Below, piece by piece: positions 17,828-28,329 of a stretch of 64,000 bases of DNA; within the stretch, counting starts at the first letter, position 1, and every line of letters begins with the position of its first letter. Under the pieces are notes generated by a model that saw nothing but the letters and a program-made list of their open reading frames with translations, ran no database searches and was not told the origin of the DNA. The stretch comes from an uncultured virus (IMG/VR IMGVR_UViG_3300037295_000360) (Duplodnaviria > Heunggongvirae > Uroviricota > Caudoviricetes): the IMG/VR virus record IMGVR_UViG_3300037295_000360, positions 1 through 64,000 of that record; one strand, 5' to 3'. The position numbers and the translations under genes were made by a program.

Positions 17828-17949
17828 AGATTATGCAAGAAATAATATTAGATAACAGAGAATACATATTTAATAGGAATCAACAAAGAGACAAATCGAG
17901 ACAAATTAACTAAGTTTAAATTAATTTAATAAATCAAAACAGTCATATC

Positions 17950-18594
17950 ATGATAAATAATTTAGAAATAATCAAAACACTTCTTAATTTTGAAAACAAA
18001 GGAGATTTTTACATGTTATATGTCTTAAAGAGAAAGAAAGATCAACCGGTCGAAGAAAGAAGTTCACATCAATCAGTAAGGACAATAAAGACATACTGTA
18101 TTGAAAGTATCGAACACTTAGAATCAAGATATCCAGAAGTTATTCAACTATGTGAGTTGTTTAAGGCCAGAGCGTATATACATGTTCAAAAACAAAATCA
18201 TAAGGATGTTTCATTAAGTATGATGGTTACACTTGCACAAAAAATACAAGATGGCAATCAAAATCAAAAAGGGTTATTTGAATCAGTAGTTGGAAAATTA
18301 AAGACCCATGAAAAGAGATGGATTATTGATATTGATGACGCTGACGAAGTTTCTCCATTAATGATAGCACATATTGAATATCATTGCCGCCCCTATACTG
18401 TAATAGAATACGACGATATAGGTATACCTATAGGATATTTAGTAGGTCCAAAGATCGAAAAGATTATACCAACAAAAAGTGGCTATCATTTAATCACATC
18501 TCGTTTTGATCTTTTAAAATTTAAAGAAAAATATCCTAATATAGATATACAAAAAAAGAATCCAACATTATTATATTATCCTAATTCATTATAA
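17950..18594 (+). CDS. Conserved-looking phage protein, possibly an enzyme
   Basis: RKKD, ARAY, WIIDID, PTKSGYHLI. Confidence 0.6.
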   Translation: MINNLEIIKTLLNFENKGDFYMLYVLKRKKDQPVEERSSHQSVRTIKTYCIESIEHLESRYPEVIQLCELFKARAYIHVQKQNHKDVSLSMMVTLAQKIQDGNQNQKGLFESVVGKLKTHEKRWIIDIDDADEVSPLMIAHIEYHCRPYTVIEYDDIGIPIGYLVGPKIEKIIPTKSGYHLITSRFDLLKFKEKYPNIDIQKKNPTLLYYPNSL

Positions 18595-18705
18595 AAATGG
18601 AAAGAAATTAATAAATAGAAGGTATGAGACTAGGGATAAACCAATAAAAGATACAGTAAATGATTCGGTAAATGATTCGGTAAAGAATTCAATAGACAGA
18701 GTAAT

Positions 18706-18897
18706 ATGAAACTAGGTAAATGTGTAAGGATGTTAATAGAGGATTCAGTCAGGGATTCAGTATGGACGTCGGTTAGGGATTCAGTATGGGATTTATCAAA
18801 GAATTCAGTCAGGGATTCAGTAGGGAATTCAATAAGGGTTCCAGTGTGGGATTCAGTAATGACGTCGGTAATAACCCAAATAGATATAAAAACATGA
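18706..18897 (+). CDS. MKLG-(xDSV)n tetrapeptide-repeat small protein
   Basis: 12-nt periodic GATTCAGT repeats. Confidence 0.6.
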   Translation: MKLGKCVRMLIEDSVRDSVWTSVRDSVWDLSKNSVRDSVGNSIRVPVWDSVMTSVITQIDIKT

Positions 18898-19211
18898 AAC
18901 TAGGTAAACCTATAAATAATTCAGCAAGGGAGTCAATCGTGGATGCAATATGCGATCCAGTATGCGATCCAGTATGCGATCCAGTATATGATACAGTATG
19001 TAACGAAGTATGTCATTCAATATCGATTTCCATAGGAAATCAAACCATGACTTCAGTAAGAAATACAGTATCTGATAGAATATGGACCTCGGAAAGGAAT
19101 TTGGTACATATCAAATTAACGGATTTAGTAAAGAGTTCATCATTCTATTCAGCGAGGTGTTTTATAGGCAAAACGATATCGAACATGTATTCTATTATAA
19201 TAAAAAATTAA
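18894..19211 (+). CDS. MKLG-(xDSV)n family paralog
   Basis: ATGA overlap with the previous gene; CDPV repeats. Confidence 0.6.
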   Translation: MKLGKPINNSARESIVDAICDPVCDPVCDPVYDTVCNEVCHSISISIGNQTMTSVRNTVSDRIWTSERNLVHIKLTDLVKSSSFYSARCFIGKTISNMYSIIIKN

Positions 19212-19480
19212 CAAAGATTTAACACTTTATATTTTTAATAGGTCTATATATTGATTATATTTACATATACAAATTAAAACAATCATATTATGACAGATAC
19301 AAGATCAAATATCGAAAAAATAAAAAGTATTTTCTTCGACTACGCTGAAGGAATAAATTATCTAGAAGTAAGCCCTGACGATTTAGATATTATTGCAGCT
19401 CGTATAGAAATCGAGGTTATGGGAATTCAAGATGACAATGAATCTGCAATTCAAGAAATTAAAAAATAAAAAATTAGAAA

Positions 19481-19915
19481 ATGTTAGAAATAAAATCATT
19501 AGCACACAGATTAAAGGATCATTTAGAAAGTCCAGAGGGAGAATTATCAATGAAAACTTATTTTAATAAGATTGAAATAAGAAATGCAATTGAACGAGCA
19601 AGAGCACAAAGAATTAAGAATCATTTTACAGATGAGACTTCATTTAGTACCCTAATGCAATTTGTACTTGAAAGACAGAAAGTATATGACTCTCGTCATT
19701 ATAAAACATATTCAGAGCGTGCACTTCACGTTACAGATCTTTTATGGGAACTTGCAAGTAATGAAGGTCAGGAAATAGACGCAATTGACAAGTTAACTGA
19801 AGGCTTTCCATCAATGGTCTATGAATATTTTGGATGGCAGTTTGCAATATCACATGGGCAGGGTTCAGTATTAAGTATTTATAAAAATAGAGAATTAATG
19901 TATAGAAGTAATTAA
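19481..19915 (+). CDS. Hypothetical protein
   Basis: Long ORF; HGQGS motif. Confidence 0.6.
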   Translation: MLEIKSLAHRLKDHLESPEGELSMKTYFNKIEIRNAIERARAQRIKNHFTDETSFSTLMQFVLERQKVYDSRHYKTYSERALHVTDLLWELASNEGQEIDAIDKLTEGFPSMVYEYFGWQFAISHGQGSVLSIYKNRELMYRSN

Positions 19916-20466
19916 TCATGAAACATTTTTCAATCTCACTCATTTACATTGCATTTTTCACACTGATTGGATTTACATGCTATCACTCAAGTTCGTCAAT
20001 TCCGTTACTTGCACTATTTTTAACTCCAACTTATAAAAAATAAAGATGAAAATTAAAGAACTATTAGACAAAAAATTAAATTTTGATTTAAAACTAAGTC
20101 TTAAATCAGTTGCAAATCTTATTTTTCCTTGGGTTGATTTGGTTTAAACAAATCCAATACCATATATATATATATCATATTGGATCTAAAGGTTCTACCA
20201 TAATAAGGTCTGAAAGGGTTTTAAGTCAATATGAGCAAACATATGGTAAAATGGATTCAAAGTTTGCATTAGATGCAATTAAAGTAGCAATTGCACGTGA
20301 TATATGCGACCAACTTATGAAAAGTGATGCGTTTGAATGGGCAATTGAAGAAACTCAGATGGGAACCCATGTGGCTGCTATAATAATTGTTAATAACTTT
20401 AACAAATAAAGTTATTATATATCAAAAGGTTTGTTTATATTTACATATAACTAAAAACAACATAAT

Positions 20467-20748
20467 ATGTTTAAAAAATTAGCAGTATTAGTAGTAGTAT
20501 TATCATTAACATCATGTGCCGATAATAAGACAATAGATGGAGTAACATATAGGCCGTATGGTTTAATCAACGAGTCAACCACAAAAAATGATTCAATTGA
20601 ATATGAGATTTCACTTCCAGCGGTATGTTCAGGTATTGTATTTGTGGAAATAATAGTTCCTTCGATATATACATTTGGATTTAATTTATGGGAACCAGTT
20701 AGAAAAAAAGGAGAGAAAAACAATTTTGAAAAAGGAATTATAAAATAA
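20467..20748 (+). CDS. Putative lipoprotein/membrane protein
   Basis: LTSC lipobox and a second hydrophobic segment. Confidence 0.65.
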   Translation: MFKKLAVLVVVLSLTSCADNKTIDGVTYRPYGLINESTTKNDSIEYEISLPAVCSGIVFVEIIVPSIYTFGFNLWEPVRKKGEKNNFEKGIIK

Positions 20749-21010
20749 AAATTATGAAAAAAACAGAAATTTTAAAGGTTGAGCAATTAGTTCTGGTATA
20801 TGATCCTATCCTAGGCTCTCGTTATGAATTACAATTAGTAGGAGTAGAAGTAGAAGAGTCTAAAGATGAACAATAGAACTTATAGAATATATGAATGGGT
20901 AGCATACTAATTGAGCGATGTATCAAAGGCACTTCTCTTCGGAGACCCTCCATATTGGTTAGTCTTAATCTTTTAGGAAATGCATTAAATCTAGTAAAAC
21001 AACAAATAAG

Positions 21011-21595
21011 ATGAGTCAAACAGAATCCCACCTAGGTAAATTATACCCAGTAAAAATGGAGTCTTCATTAGAAGAAACTTGTAAAAAAATTGCTAAAAGG
21101 CATAATATCGAATTAGGAGAGGATTGGCAAGAAGACTTCAGAGAAAACTTTAATGAATATGAACATCAAAACAAAAGAGTAGATGAGGAATATTTTATTC
21201 ATGGCGAAACACTTTATAGAGTTATAAATCATGAAGAATCAAGTGATGACGATTGTTTTATGAAACTTGGTAGGAATAGTGATGGTTCAATTTCATTCAC
21301 AGGACAATTCTATAATAGTGCAACATGTTTTTCTGAGATGCTAGAAGAGGCGCTTGACAATTTAAAGCCTTCATATAATGAGCAATTTAGAGATGCCATT
21401 AAAAAAATACTTGAAGATAAAACTATTAAACCACCAGTATCTGTTCCATCGGCTTGTTTATTATTAGCACAACATGTTGGATTAGATGAATCTATTGAAT
21501 TAATAGAAGGCGTGATTAAAGAAAACAAAGATAATATTTTTAAATCTTTGGCATATGAGACCGCACTAGATTATATTAAAAACGAATTAAAATAA
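21011..21595 (+). CDS. Hypothetical protein
   Basis: Long ORF. Confidence 0.6.
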   Translation: MSQTESHLGKLYPVKMESSLEETCKKIAKRHNIELGEDWQEDFRENFNEYEHQNKRVDEEYFIHGETLYRVINHEESSDDDCFMKLGRNSDGSISFTGQFYNSATCFSEMLEEALDNLKPSYNEQFRDAIKKILEDKTIKPPVSVPSACLLLAQHVGLDESIELIEGVIKENKDNIFKSLAYETALDYIKNELK

Positions 21596-22089
21596 TGAAA
21601 GTAATATTCCTGGATTTTGACGGTGTACTTAATGTAATTCCACAGGATCATGATCAATATGGCGGTATTTTCCATCAGAATTTAGTAGAAAACCTAGGTA
21701 GAATCATAGAAGTAACTAGCGCTAAATTAATTATAAGTTCTTCTTGGAGGCATATGGGTTTGGCAATGTTACGTATGATGTGGGAACACCGAGGTTATCC
21801 TGGTGAAATTATAGGAATTACTCCAGATTTATGGAGAAGAGTTAAAGACGAAGAATCTCATGAAAGTTTACAAAGAGGTGATGAAATTCAAGTAGTTCTT
21901 AATTTACATCCAGAAATAGAAAATTATGTTATTTTAGATGATGACCAGGATATGTTAAAAAGCCAATTAGGAAATTTCGTATGTTGCTCTAATAACATTA
22001 ATCACCCCGATTGTATCGATATTGGATATGGACTAACTAATGAATGTGCTAATAAAGCAATAAGAATTTTAAATAAACGTATTCATTAA
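21595..22089 (+). CDS. HAD phosphatase (Swiss-Army-knife RNA-repair type)
   Basis: IFLDFDGVLN, ISSSWR, RGDEI, VILDD. Confidence 0.85.
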   Translation: MKVIFLDFDGVLNVIPQDHDQYGGIFHQNLVENLGRIIEVTSAKLIISSSWRHMGLAMLRMMWEHRGYPGEIIGITPDLWRRVKDEESHESLQRGDEIQVVLNLHPEIENYVILDDDQDMLKSQLGNFVCCSNNINHPDCIDIGYGLTNECANKAIRILNKRIH

Positions 22090-22185
22090 CTTTAACACAA
22101 ATTTAACACTTTAAATTTTTAATAGGTCAACATATTGATTATATTTACATATACAAATTAAAACAATATAAAAACTGGCTTAATC

Positions 22186-22710
22186 ATGAAAAACATTCCA
22201 GAATATAATAAAGAGCTATCAATATATCAATTTAAAGATAGAAATGATTTTACTCCAAACTATTCTCCAATTGAAATGATTAATGAAGGAATATTTGGAG
22301 GCAATTATTTTGGAAACGTAGAAGTAGATCGATATTGGACAGAACACGTTCACTCTAGCTTTTTACTAGAAACCAAATCAATTGATCCGGAGAAATTAAT
22401 TAAAAAGACATATGATAAGAGTATCAATAAATACAAGGTTCAATGTGGAATGAATTATGAAGGATGGATAAATTCAGGTTGGATAAAGGACCAAGATCCG
22501 TACGGATGGTTTAATTGGTATATTAATTTTTATTATGGTAGAAGGTCAGTTGATGACAACCGACAAATAGGTAGATGGAAATCTTTTATTCCACGTCATT
22601 CTGGAATGTTAAAGTCAATGTGCATTCGAAAGAATAAATTAATAACAGATGAAAGTATTGGATTAAAAACACGCCAAGGGCTTTTACATTGGGCATATAA
22701 AATTACATAA
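22186..22710 (+). CDS. Conserved hypothetical protein
   Basis: FTP..SP.EM..G.FGG.YF, QDPYGWF.WY..FY.GRR..DD.RQI.RW, RQ.LLHW. Confidence 0.65.
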   Translation: MKNIPEYNKELSIYQFKDRNDFTPNYSPIEMINEGIFGGNYFGNVEVDRYWTEHVHSSFLLETKSIDPEKLIKKTYDKSINKYKVQCGMNYEGWINSGWIKDQDPYGWFNWYINFYYGRRSVDDNRQIGRWKSFIPRHSGMLKSMCIRKNKLITDESIGLKTRQGLLHWAYKIT

Positions 22711-22712
22711 AA

Positions 22713-23300
22713 ATGAAAATAATATTCTTAGACAATGATGGCGTAATTTGCCTTGATAATAATTGGGGCGGGAGAACTCGAAAATGGAATGAATGGATTA
22801 AGAAACATCCGGAATCTTTGTCATATAAAGATTGTGATGTATTTCATCGTTTTGATAACTTTGATAAAAAGGCTGTTAATGTTTTAAATCAAATTTTAGA
22901 AGAGACAGGAGCAGAAATTGTTGTTTCTTCTGATTGGAAGAAACATGCATCATTAAATGAACTAGGTGATTATTACATATCACAGGGAATCTCTAAAAGA
23001 CCAATTGCAATTACTCCTATTTTTATAGGATGCGATAAACATGATGGGTTTGAATGGAGTTATTGTGATCAATATGAGCAACAAAGATGTTTAGAGATTA
23101 TGCAATATGTAAAGGACAATCCATCAATAACACATTGGGTTGCAGTAGATGATCTGGTAATGCAAAGGGAAGTTACTAATAAACATAATGGAGATCAATC
23201 GAGAGTTTGGGGTTTAGATAATTTTGTATGGACACCAAAGATGAGCGAAGGTATTAAACAAACTGGCATCAAGCAAAAAATATTAAACCTTTTAAGTTAA
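22713..23300 (+). CDS. HAD phosphatase (Swiss-Army-knife type), second paralog
   Basis: IFLDNDGVI, VSSDW, WVAVDD. Confidence 0.82.
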   Translation: MKIIFLDNDGVICLDNNWGGRTRKWNEWIKKHPESLSYKDCDVFHRFDNFDKKAVNVLNQILEETGAEIVVSSDWKKHASLNELGDYYISQGISKRPIAITPIFIGCDKHDGFEWSYCDQYEQQRCLEIMQYVKDNPSITHWVAVDDLVMQREVTNKHNGDQSRVWGLDNFVWTPKMSEGIKQTGIKQKILNLLS

Positions 23301-23306
23301 ATATAA

Positions 23307-23891
23307 ATGAAAGTATTAGTAGCACCACCTAAGGGAAAATTAGAAAAAGAGACATATATAAATTGGCTAAATATTAATGGATTTACCTCTATTATATTAG
23401 ATGATAGTATCACCAATATTGATGCTCCTTTACTATTATGTGGAGGAGCTGATATCGGTGTAAATACAAAAAGAGATAATTTAGAAATAAAATGGATAGA
23501 ATCTGCTCTTAAAAATAATCAGCCTATCATTGGAATATGTAAAGGAATGCAAATCCTAAATTTTTATTTCGGAGGAAAGGTTTCAAACTTGCCTAAAAAT
23601 ATTTCGGAAATACACACTATAGATATATTTAAAGACGATGAAGATCATAGCCAACGAATTTCAGGATTTCATAATGTAATAGATATCAACGGAAACTTGA
23701 CAGAAGTAAATTCTAGGCATCATCAATATTGTGAAACAATTGCATCTAATTTTAATGCAACACACTATTCACTAGATAGTGATAAAATAGTAGAAGGTAT
23801 TGAAGATGATGAAAAAAGAATATGGGCAGTTCAATGGCACCCTGAGTATAACAAATCAACTGATAACAAATATCCTCTAAATAAACTTTAA
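23307..23891 (+). CDS. Class I glutamine amidotransferase / peptidase C26
   Basis: GGAD, GICKGMQ, NSRHHQ, VQWHPE. Confidence 0.9.
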   Translation: MKVLVAPPKGKLEKETYINWLNINGFTSIILDDSITNIDAPLLLCGGADIGVNTKRDNLEIKWIESALKNNQPIIGICKGMQILNFYFGGKVSNLPKNISEIHTIDIFKDDEDHSQRISGFHNVIDINGNLTEVNSRHHQYCETIASNFNATHYSLDSDKIVEGIEDDEKRIWAVQWHPEYNKSTDNKYPLNKL

Positions 23892-24140
23892 CAAAAAATT
23901 AACATAAAATGTTTTTAATTATTAAATAAAAAAGTTATATTTACTATAACAAATTAAAACGATCGAATATGAAAACAGTTATCGGAGAATTTTTAATAGT
24001 GTTAGATATCGATACTATCATGATTAAGAATGCAAAAACTAATGAACTAATAAGAGCAAAGGAAGTAAACGCAAATGATGCAGTTGATGCATATCGAGAT
24101 TTAATAAAAGTACTTACTGAAAAACATAAAAAACAAAAAA

Positions 24141-24377
24141 ATGATCAAGACACAATCTAATCAATATGATTCTTCAACAATAGAATCATCTGAATATAAT
24201 TTCGACAACAAAAAATTAAGTATCATATTTAAACATGCGACATATGAATATGCAAATGTTGAGTATTCTGATTACTTCTTTTTTTCAACAGCTGAATCAC
24301 AGGGAATATCATTGAATACTTACATTAAAGGAAAATATGAATTTATTAAAGTAGATTCAAAGGTACTAAATAATTAA
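24141..24377 (+). CDS. KTSC-domain protein
   Basis: SS.I....Y......L.I.F...YEY..V......F..AES.G...N..IKGKY. Confidence 0.8.
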   Translation: MIKTQSNQYDSSTIESSEYNFDNKKLSIIFKHATYEYANVEYSDYFFFSTAESQGISLNTYIKGKYEFIKVDSKVLNN

Positions 24378-24398
24378 TAACATTTAAATATAATCTAA

Positions 24399-24764
24399 AT
24401 GGAAAAAGAAATACAACATGAAACTTTAGGAAAAATAAAAGTTTTGATGAGCTTTGAAAGAAAAAAAGAAAAAGATGATAGTTCACGATGTGTATTATCA
24501 CTGGTAAGTTCAATGCGAAGAAAATACATATCCGATAGCTGGAAATCAATGAACATTGTATCATATCGCGAAGCATATACTACCGGTAAAGGGATTGCTA
24601 ATCCCAACTATTATTTAATGTGGGGAGTTAACGATAATTTAAATGAGAGTTCATTTTTGTATTTAACATCACGTAATGGAAGAAAGTCAACATTAGATGC
24701 TTCTATTAAGTTTTTTATGGAGGCTAAAAATGCTACCGAATTTGTAAACTTTTTAAAGATTTAG
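24399..24764 (+). CDS. Hypothetical protein
   Basis: ORF on the coding strand. Confidence 0.55.
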   Translation: MEKEIQHETLGKIKVLMSFERKKEKDDSSRCVLSLVSSMRRKYISDSWKSMNIVSYREAYTTGKGIANPNYYLMWGVNDNLNESSFLYLTSRNGRKSTLDASIKFFMEAKNATEFVNFLKI

Positions 24765-24787
24765 AATATAATTAAAAACTAAATATT

Positions 24788-25471
24788 ATGAAGTATATAA
24801 GTATTGATATCGAAACAACAGGGTTAGATCCTGTAAATTGCCAAATACTAAGCATCGGTGCTGTAATTGAAGACACTAACAATAAGTTACCGCTTAGTGA
24901 TCTTCCTAGGTTTCACGGAGTCATCTCACATGAAAATATAACAGGAAGTGTATTTGCTATTAACTTAAATAAAGAGCTAATAGGGGCCATTCATAATTAC
25001 AGAGAGGCTAAAACACAAGAGCTTAAAATCGAATGTGAGACTTCGTATGGCTGTAAATTTTATAGCGAAAAAGAAATCGTAGAAAAATTATTTCAGTTTT
25101 GCTTTAGAAATGGAATAGATCCCGATTATAAAAAACCCGATAGTCCTATTGGAAATCATACTGTGAGTGTAGATGGCATACCATATCCTGCAATAACATC
25201 AACATTACCTAAAACTTATTTAACATGTGCTGGTAAAAACTTTGCAGGATTTGATAAAAAGTTTTTAGAATTACTTCCAAGATGGAAACAGATATTTTCT
25301 ATTAGAAGTAGAGTATTAGATCCTGCAATTCTTTTTGTTGACTGGCAAAATGATGAACATGTTCCAAATCTTTATGAATGCAAACAAAGGGCAGGAATTG
25401 ATGGTGTTGTTACACATAATGCAGTTGAAGATGCGATGGATGTTGTAAAATTACTTAGAACACAATATTAA
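24788..25471 (+). CDS. DEDDh 3'-5' exonuclease
   Basis: IDIETTG, GKN.AGFD, HNAVEDA. Confidence 0.88.
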   Translation: MKYISIDIETTGLDPVNCQILSIGAVIEDTNNKLPLSDLPRFHGVISHENITGSVFAINLNKELIGAIHNYREAKTQELKIECETSYGCKFYSEKEIVEKLFQFCFRNGIDPDYKKPDSPIGNHTVSVDGIPYPAITSTLPKTYLTCAGKNFAGFDKKFLELLPRWKQIFSIRSRVLDPAILFVDWQNDEHVPNLYECKQRAGIDGVVTHNAVEDAMDVVKLLRTQY

Positions 25472-25977
25472 TATGGCAATTCAATTCAATCTTATACCTG
25501 AACAGGAAAGGGCGCTTAAGGAGTGGCAAGAAAAAATAAAAGATTTGTTCGGCAAGTATGGGTTATATGATTTTACATTTACACCAGACGGAATTGGAGA
25601 ATCTCTTATAGTTAAAAGTCATTTAACAGGAACTTCTATTGATTTGACAGATGTGGAATTATGGTAATATTCCAATATCAATCTGCCTGTTAATATAATA
25701 TAATTATACATAACATTAATAAATATAAATATGAAAAATAGATTAATTACAGCATTAAATTCTAAATACACGGCAGATATGCATGATGCATTAGCTCGAT
25801 TAGAAATTTATTTAAAAACACCAGTTGCGATTGGTGAACATCCTCAACATACTGAGGAAATTGATAAATTAGTTCAACAGTACACAGACGCTGAAAGTAA
25901 AAAAATAGCATTACATGAAATGTATAATGAATTGTTTTCCGATATAGTATAATCATAATATAAATCAAATAAAGACA

Positions 25978-26610
25978 ATGGAACCAGATAAAGACATATT
26001 CGATGAATGGAAAGATGAACGAGCTGCAAGAAATTGGATTACACACAAAGTCGACTCGATATCTTCATGGTGGAACCACGAAGGTAAATATATGCATCTT
26101 CATTTAAAAAATGGAGTTAAAAATCTCATTTACTGGTTTCCTGTAATATGGAATGACAGAAACTATGATTCTCATTATATTTTTGAGGTTTTAAAACACA
26201 AATTAAATGCACAGTCTAATTATATAGGAAAGAGAGACATTCACACTATGGCTCAGCGGGATTCAAGAAGAATGATGGTTTGCAGTAAATTGATTCAATT
26301 GATTCAAGATGATTTTTATGCATCTGAGTACTCTAATTACCATAAAACGAAAAATTGGTTTAAACCAATTGAAGGTAGCGATTCATCAACATGGGAATCT
26401 AGAACTTTAGAAGAAAACTTTAGCGACTATTTTAATAAATATCCTCTCATTTATAAGAGAGTTTTAAACGGTGAAGGTGTATTCAACAGAGAGGATAGAG
26501 AAGAAGATCAGCAAATTATTGCAATGAATATGTCGCACATCAATCAACAAAGAGCACAAAACATGCTATTTAGTATAATGAACGAAAATATCAGTGGATG
26601 GTGGGATTAA
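25978..26610 (+). CDS. Hypothetical phage protein
   Basis: Long ORF ending GWWD. Confidence 0.65.
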   Translation: MEPDKDIFDEWKDERAARNWITHKVDSISSWWNHEGKYMHLHLKNGVKNLIYWFPVIWNDRNYDSHYIFEVLKHKLNAQSNYIGKRDIHTMAQRDSRRMMVCSKLIQLIQDDFYASEYSNYHKTKNWFKPIEGSDSSTWESRTLEENFSDYFNKYPLIYKRVLNGEGVFNREDREEDQQIIAMNMSHINQQRAQNMLFSIMNENISGWWD

Positions 26611-26697
26611 CTACATAGTTTAACAAAGATTTAAAACTCCATATTTTTAATATGGAGTTTTTTGATTAGATTACATATAATAATTAATCAAAACAAC

Positions 26698-26874
26698 ATG
26701 AAGAAATTAAAAAGAATTAGAGGAAAATCATATTTTGGAGGAGTATGTACTGGTATCGGTGAATGGACTGATACATATGTAAATGGATGGAGACTTTTAT
26801 TTATATTTACACCAGGTGGTCCTTTACTATATTTAGTATTGTCGATTTTATTAAAAAGAAAGACCAATACTTAA
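26698..26874 (+). CDS. PspC-domain membrane protein
   Basis: KLKR....YFGGVCTGIGE.......RLLF...LYL. Confidence 0.75.
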   Translation: MKKLKRIRGKSYFGGVCTGIGEWTDTYVNGWRLLFIFTPGGPLLYLVLSILLKRKTNT

Positions 26875-26949
26875 TATTTTATTATAAGTAATATATCCAA
26901 TCTTTAAATAAAGTAATATTGATATATAAAATAAAGATTTTATTAGATT

Positions 26950-27414
26950 ATGGCAATTTCAGCAAGTGGACCTGTTTCCGCAAGTACAATTAATAGTGAA
27001 TTAGCTAGAGCTAATTCTAGTACACTTTCAATAGATGCGGCAGAAAACGGGTCGTATGGCGCTATAAATCAAAATAGTACTAATAGGCCTTCTAGTAGTA
27101 ATCCAGCATCATATAGTGAGTGGAGAGGATATGATCATCGAGCGGCGGCTGCAATGTTGCCTGCTCCTCAACAACTACAACAAACAGATACTTCAGGTAG
27201 TTCAATTAAATTTACACATAGTTTAGTATCAGGAGCATCCTCTTATAGGGCATTTTTTAATGGTATATTAACATCTAATTATACTAATCCACCTAATACA
27301 GTATTTGGTCTTAGCCCTGACACAGAATATGCGGTAATGGTTAGGGCAGTTGATTCCACAGGAGAAGATGGGCTTGATTCAAATATAGTATATATGAGTA
27401 CTTTAGTCTTTTGA
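26950..27414 (+). CDS. Virion-associated protein with fibronectin type III domain
   Basis: SGPVSASTINSEL N-terminus; GLSPDTEYAVMVRAVD..G..S. Confidence 0.7.
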   Translation: MAISASGPVSASTINSELARANSSTLSIDAAENGSYGAINQNSTNRPSSSNPASYSEWRGYDHRAAAAMLPAPQQLQQTDTSGSSIKFTHSLVSGASSYRAFFNGILTSNYTNPPNTVFGLSPDTEYAVMVRAVDSTGEDGLDSNIVYMSTLVF

Positions 27415-27429
27415 TTTGTAAAAGGAACA

Positions 27430-27888
27430 ATGATAACTCTACCAGGTGGAAGTACATCACCTATAGAATTACTATACTTAAATCAAATATTATTATCCGC
27501 AAGAATTGAAACACTCGCCGATACTAATGATGTTAATGAATTATATAAATGGAATAGCAATTATATAAAAACAACAAGTCAAAATTCTAGTATTGCATCA
27601 ATAGTACCTGTTGAAGTCTACAATACTATTATAATAAATAATGGACTGCTCGAGGCAACACATAGTCACTCTCAATTAATACAAAGAAATGGTATCTGGA
27701 AATTTATACCATTAATAGACATACAATTAAACGATATGTTATATGATATAGAAGGAAACATGATAAAGGTATCTTCAATTGATTATAATATTGAAAAAAG
27801 AACAGTGTATAAGATGGCACTTGTCAATCCACATACGTATTATGCGAATAACATTTTAACACATAATGTTAAAGATGCCGTTGAATGA
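27430..27888 (+). CDS. Hint (intein-like) domain, in frame with the upstream gene across a TGA
   Basis: *FVKGTMITL..G..PIE.L, T.SH, VY......HTYYAN.ILTHN. Confidence 0.8.
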   Translation: MITLPGGSTSPIELLYLNQILLSARIETLADTNDVNELYKWNSNYIKTTSQNSSIASIVPVEVYNTIIINNGLLEATHSHSQLIQRNGIWKFIPLIDIQLNDMLYDIEGNMIKVSSIDYNIEKRTVYKMALVNPHTYYANNILTHNVKDAVE

Positions 27889-27904
27889 TAATAAATTTAA
27901 AACT

Positions 27905-28240
27905 ATGAAATATACAATAAGACAATCAGATATCGAAGGCATGGGAATATTCGCAACTGCAGATATTCTTTTAGACGAAATAATAGGTATATGGACAACT
28001 ACAATATGGACACCTGATGGTAGATGTATGTTTCAGGATGGAATGGAAGTTCCATGGTACGAGACTGCTGATTTAGGTAGATACTGTAATGATAGTCGTA
28101 CACCTAATTCAACCGCAATCCTGGTTAATGGAGAATTTATGTTATATTCAAATGGTATATTAATTGACGATGAAATAACAGTAGATTATAACATATTCTT
28201 AGATCACTCCGGATATGTATTAGGCAATACTGACATTTAA
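27905..28240 (+). CDS. SET-domain protein
   Basis: S.IEG.GIFA..DI, RYCNDS..PN (NH to ND variant), DEITVDY. Confidence 0.75.
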   Translation: MKYTIRQSDIEGMGIFATADILLDEIIGIWTTTIWTPDGRCMFQDGMEVPWYETADLGRYCNDSRTPNSTAILVNGEFMLYSNGILIDDEITVDYNIFLDHSGYVLGNTDI

Positions 28241-28329
28241 GGTAAAACTTTAACAAAAAATTAACACTCCATATTTTTTAATATGGAGTTTTTTGATTAG
28301 ATTTACATATAATAATTAATCAAAACAAT

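Noticed and set aside
18624..19211. Diversity-generating retroelement TR/VR pair
   Set aside because: No reverse transcriptase in the window and differences between copies are not adenine-specific
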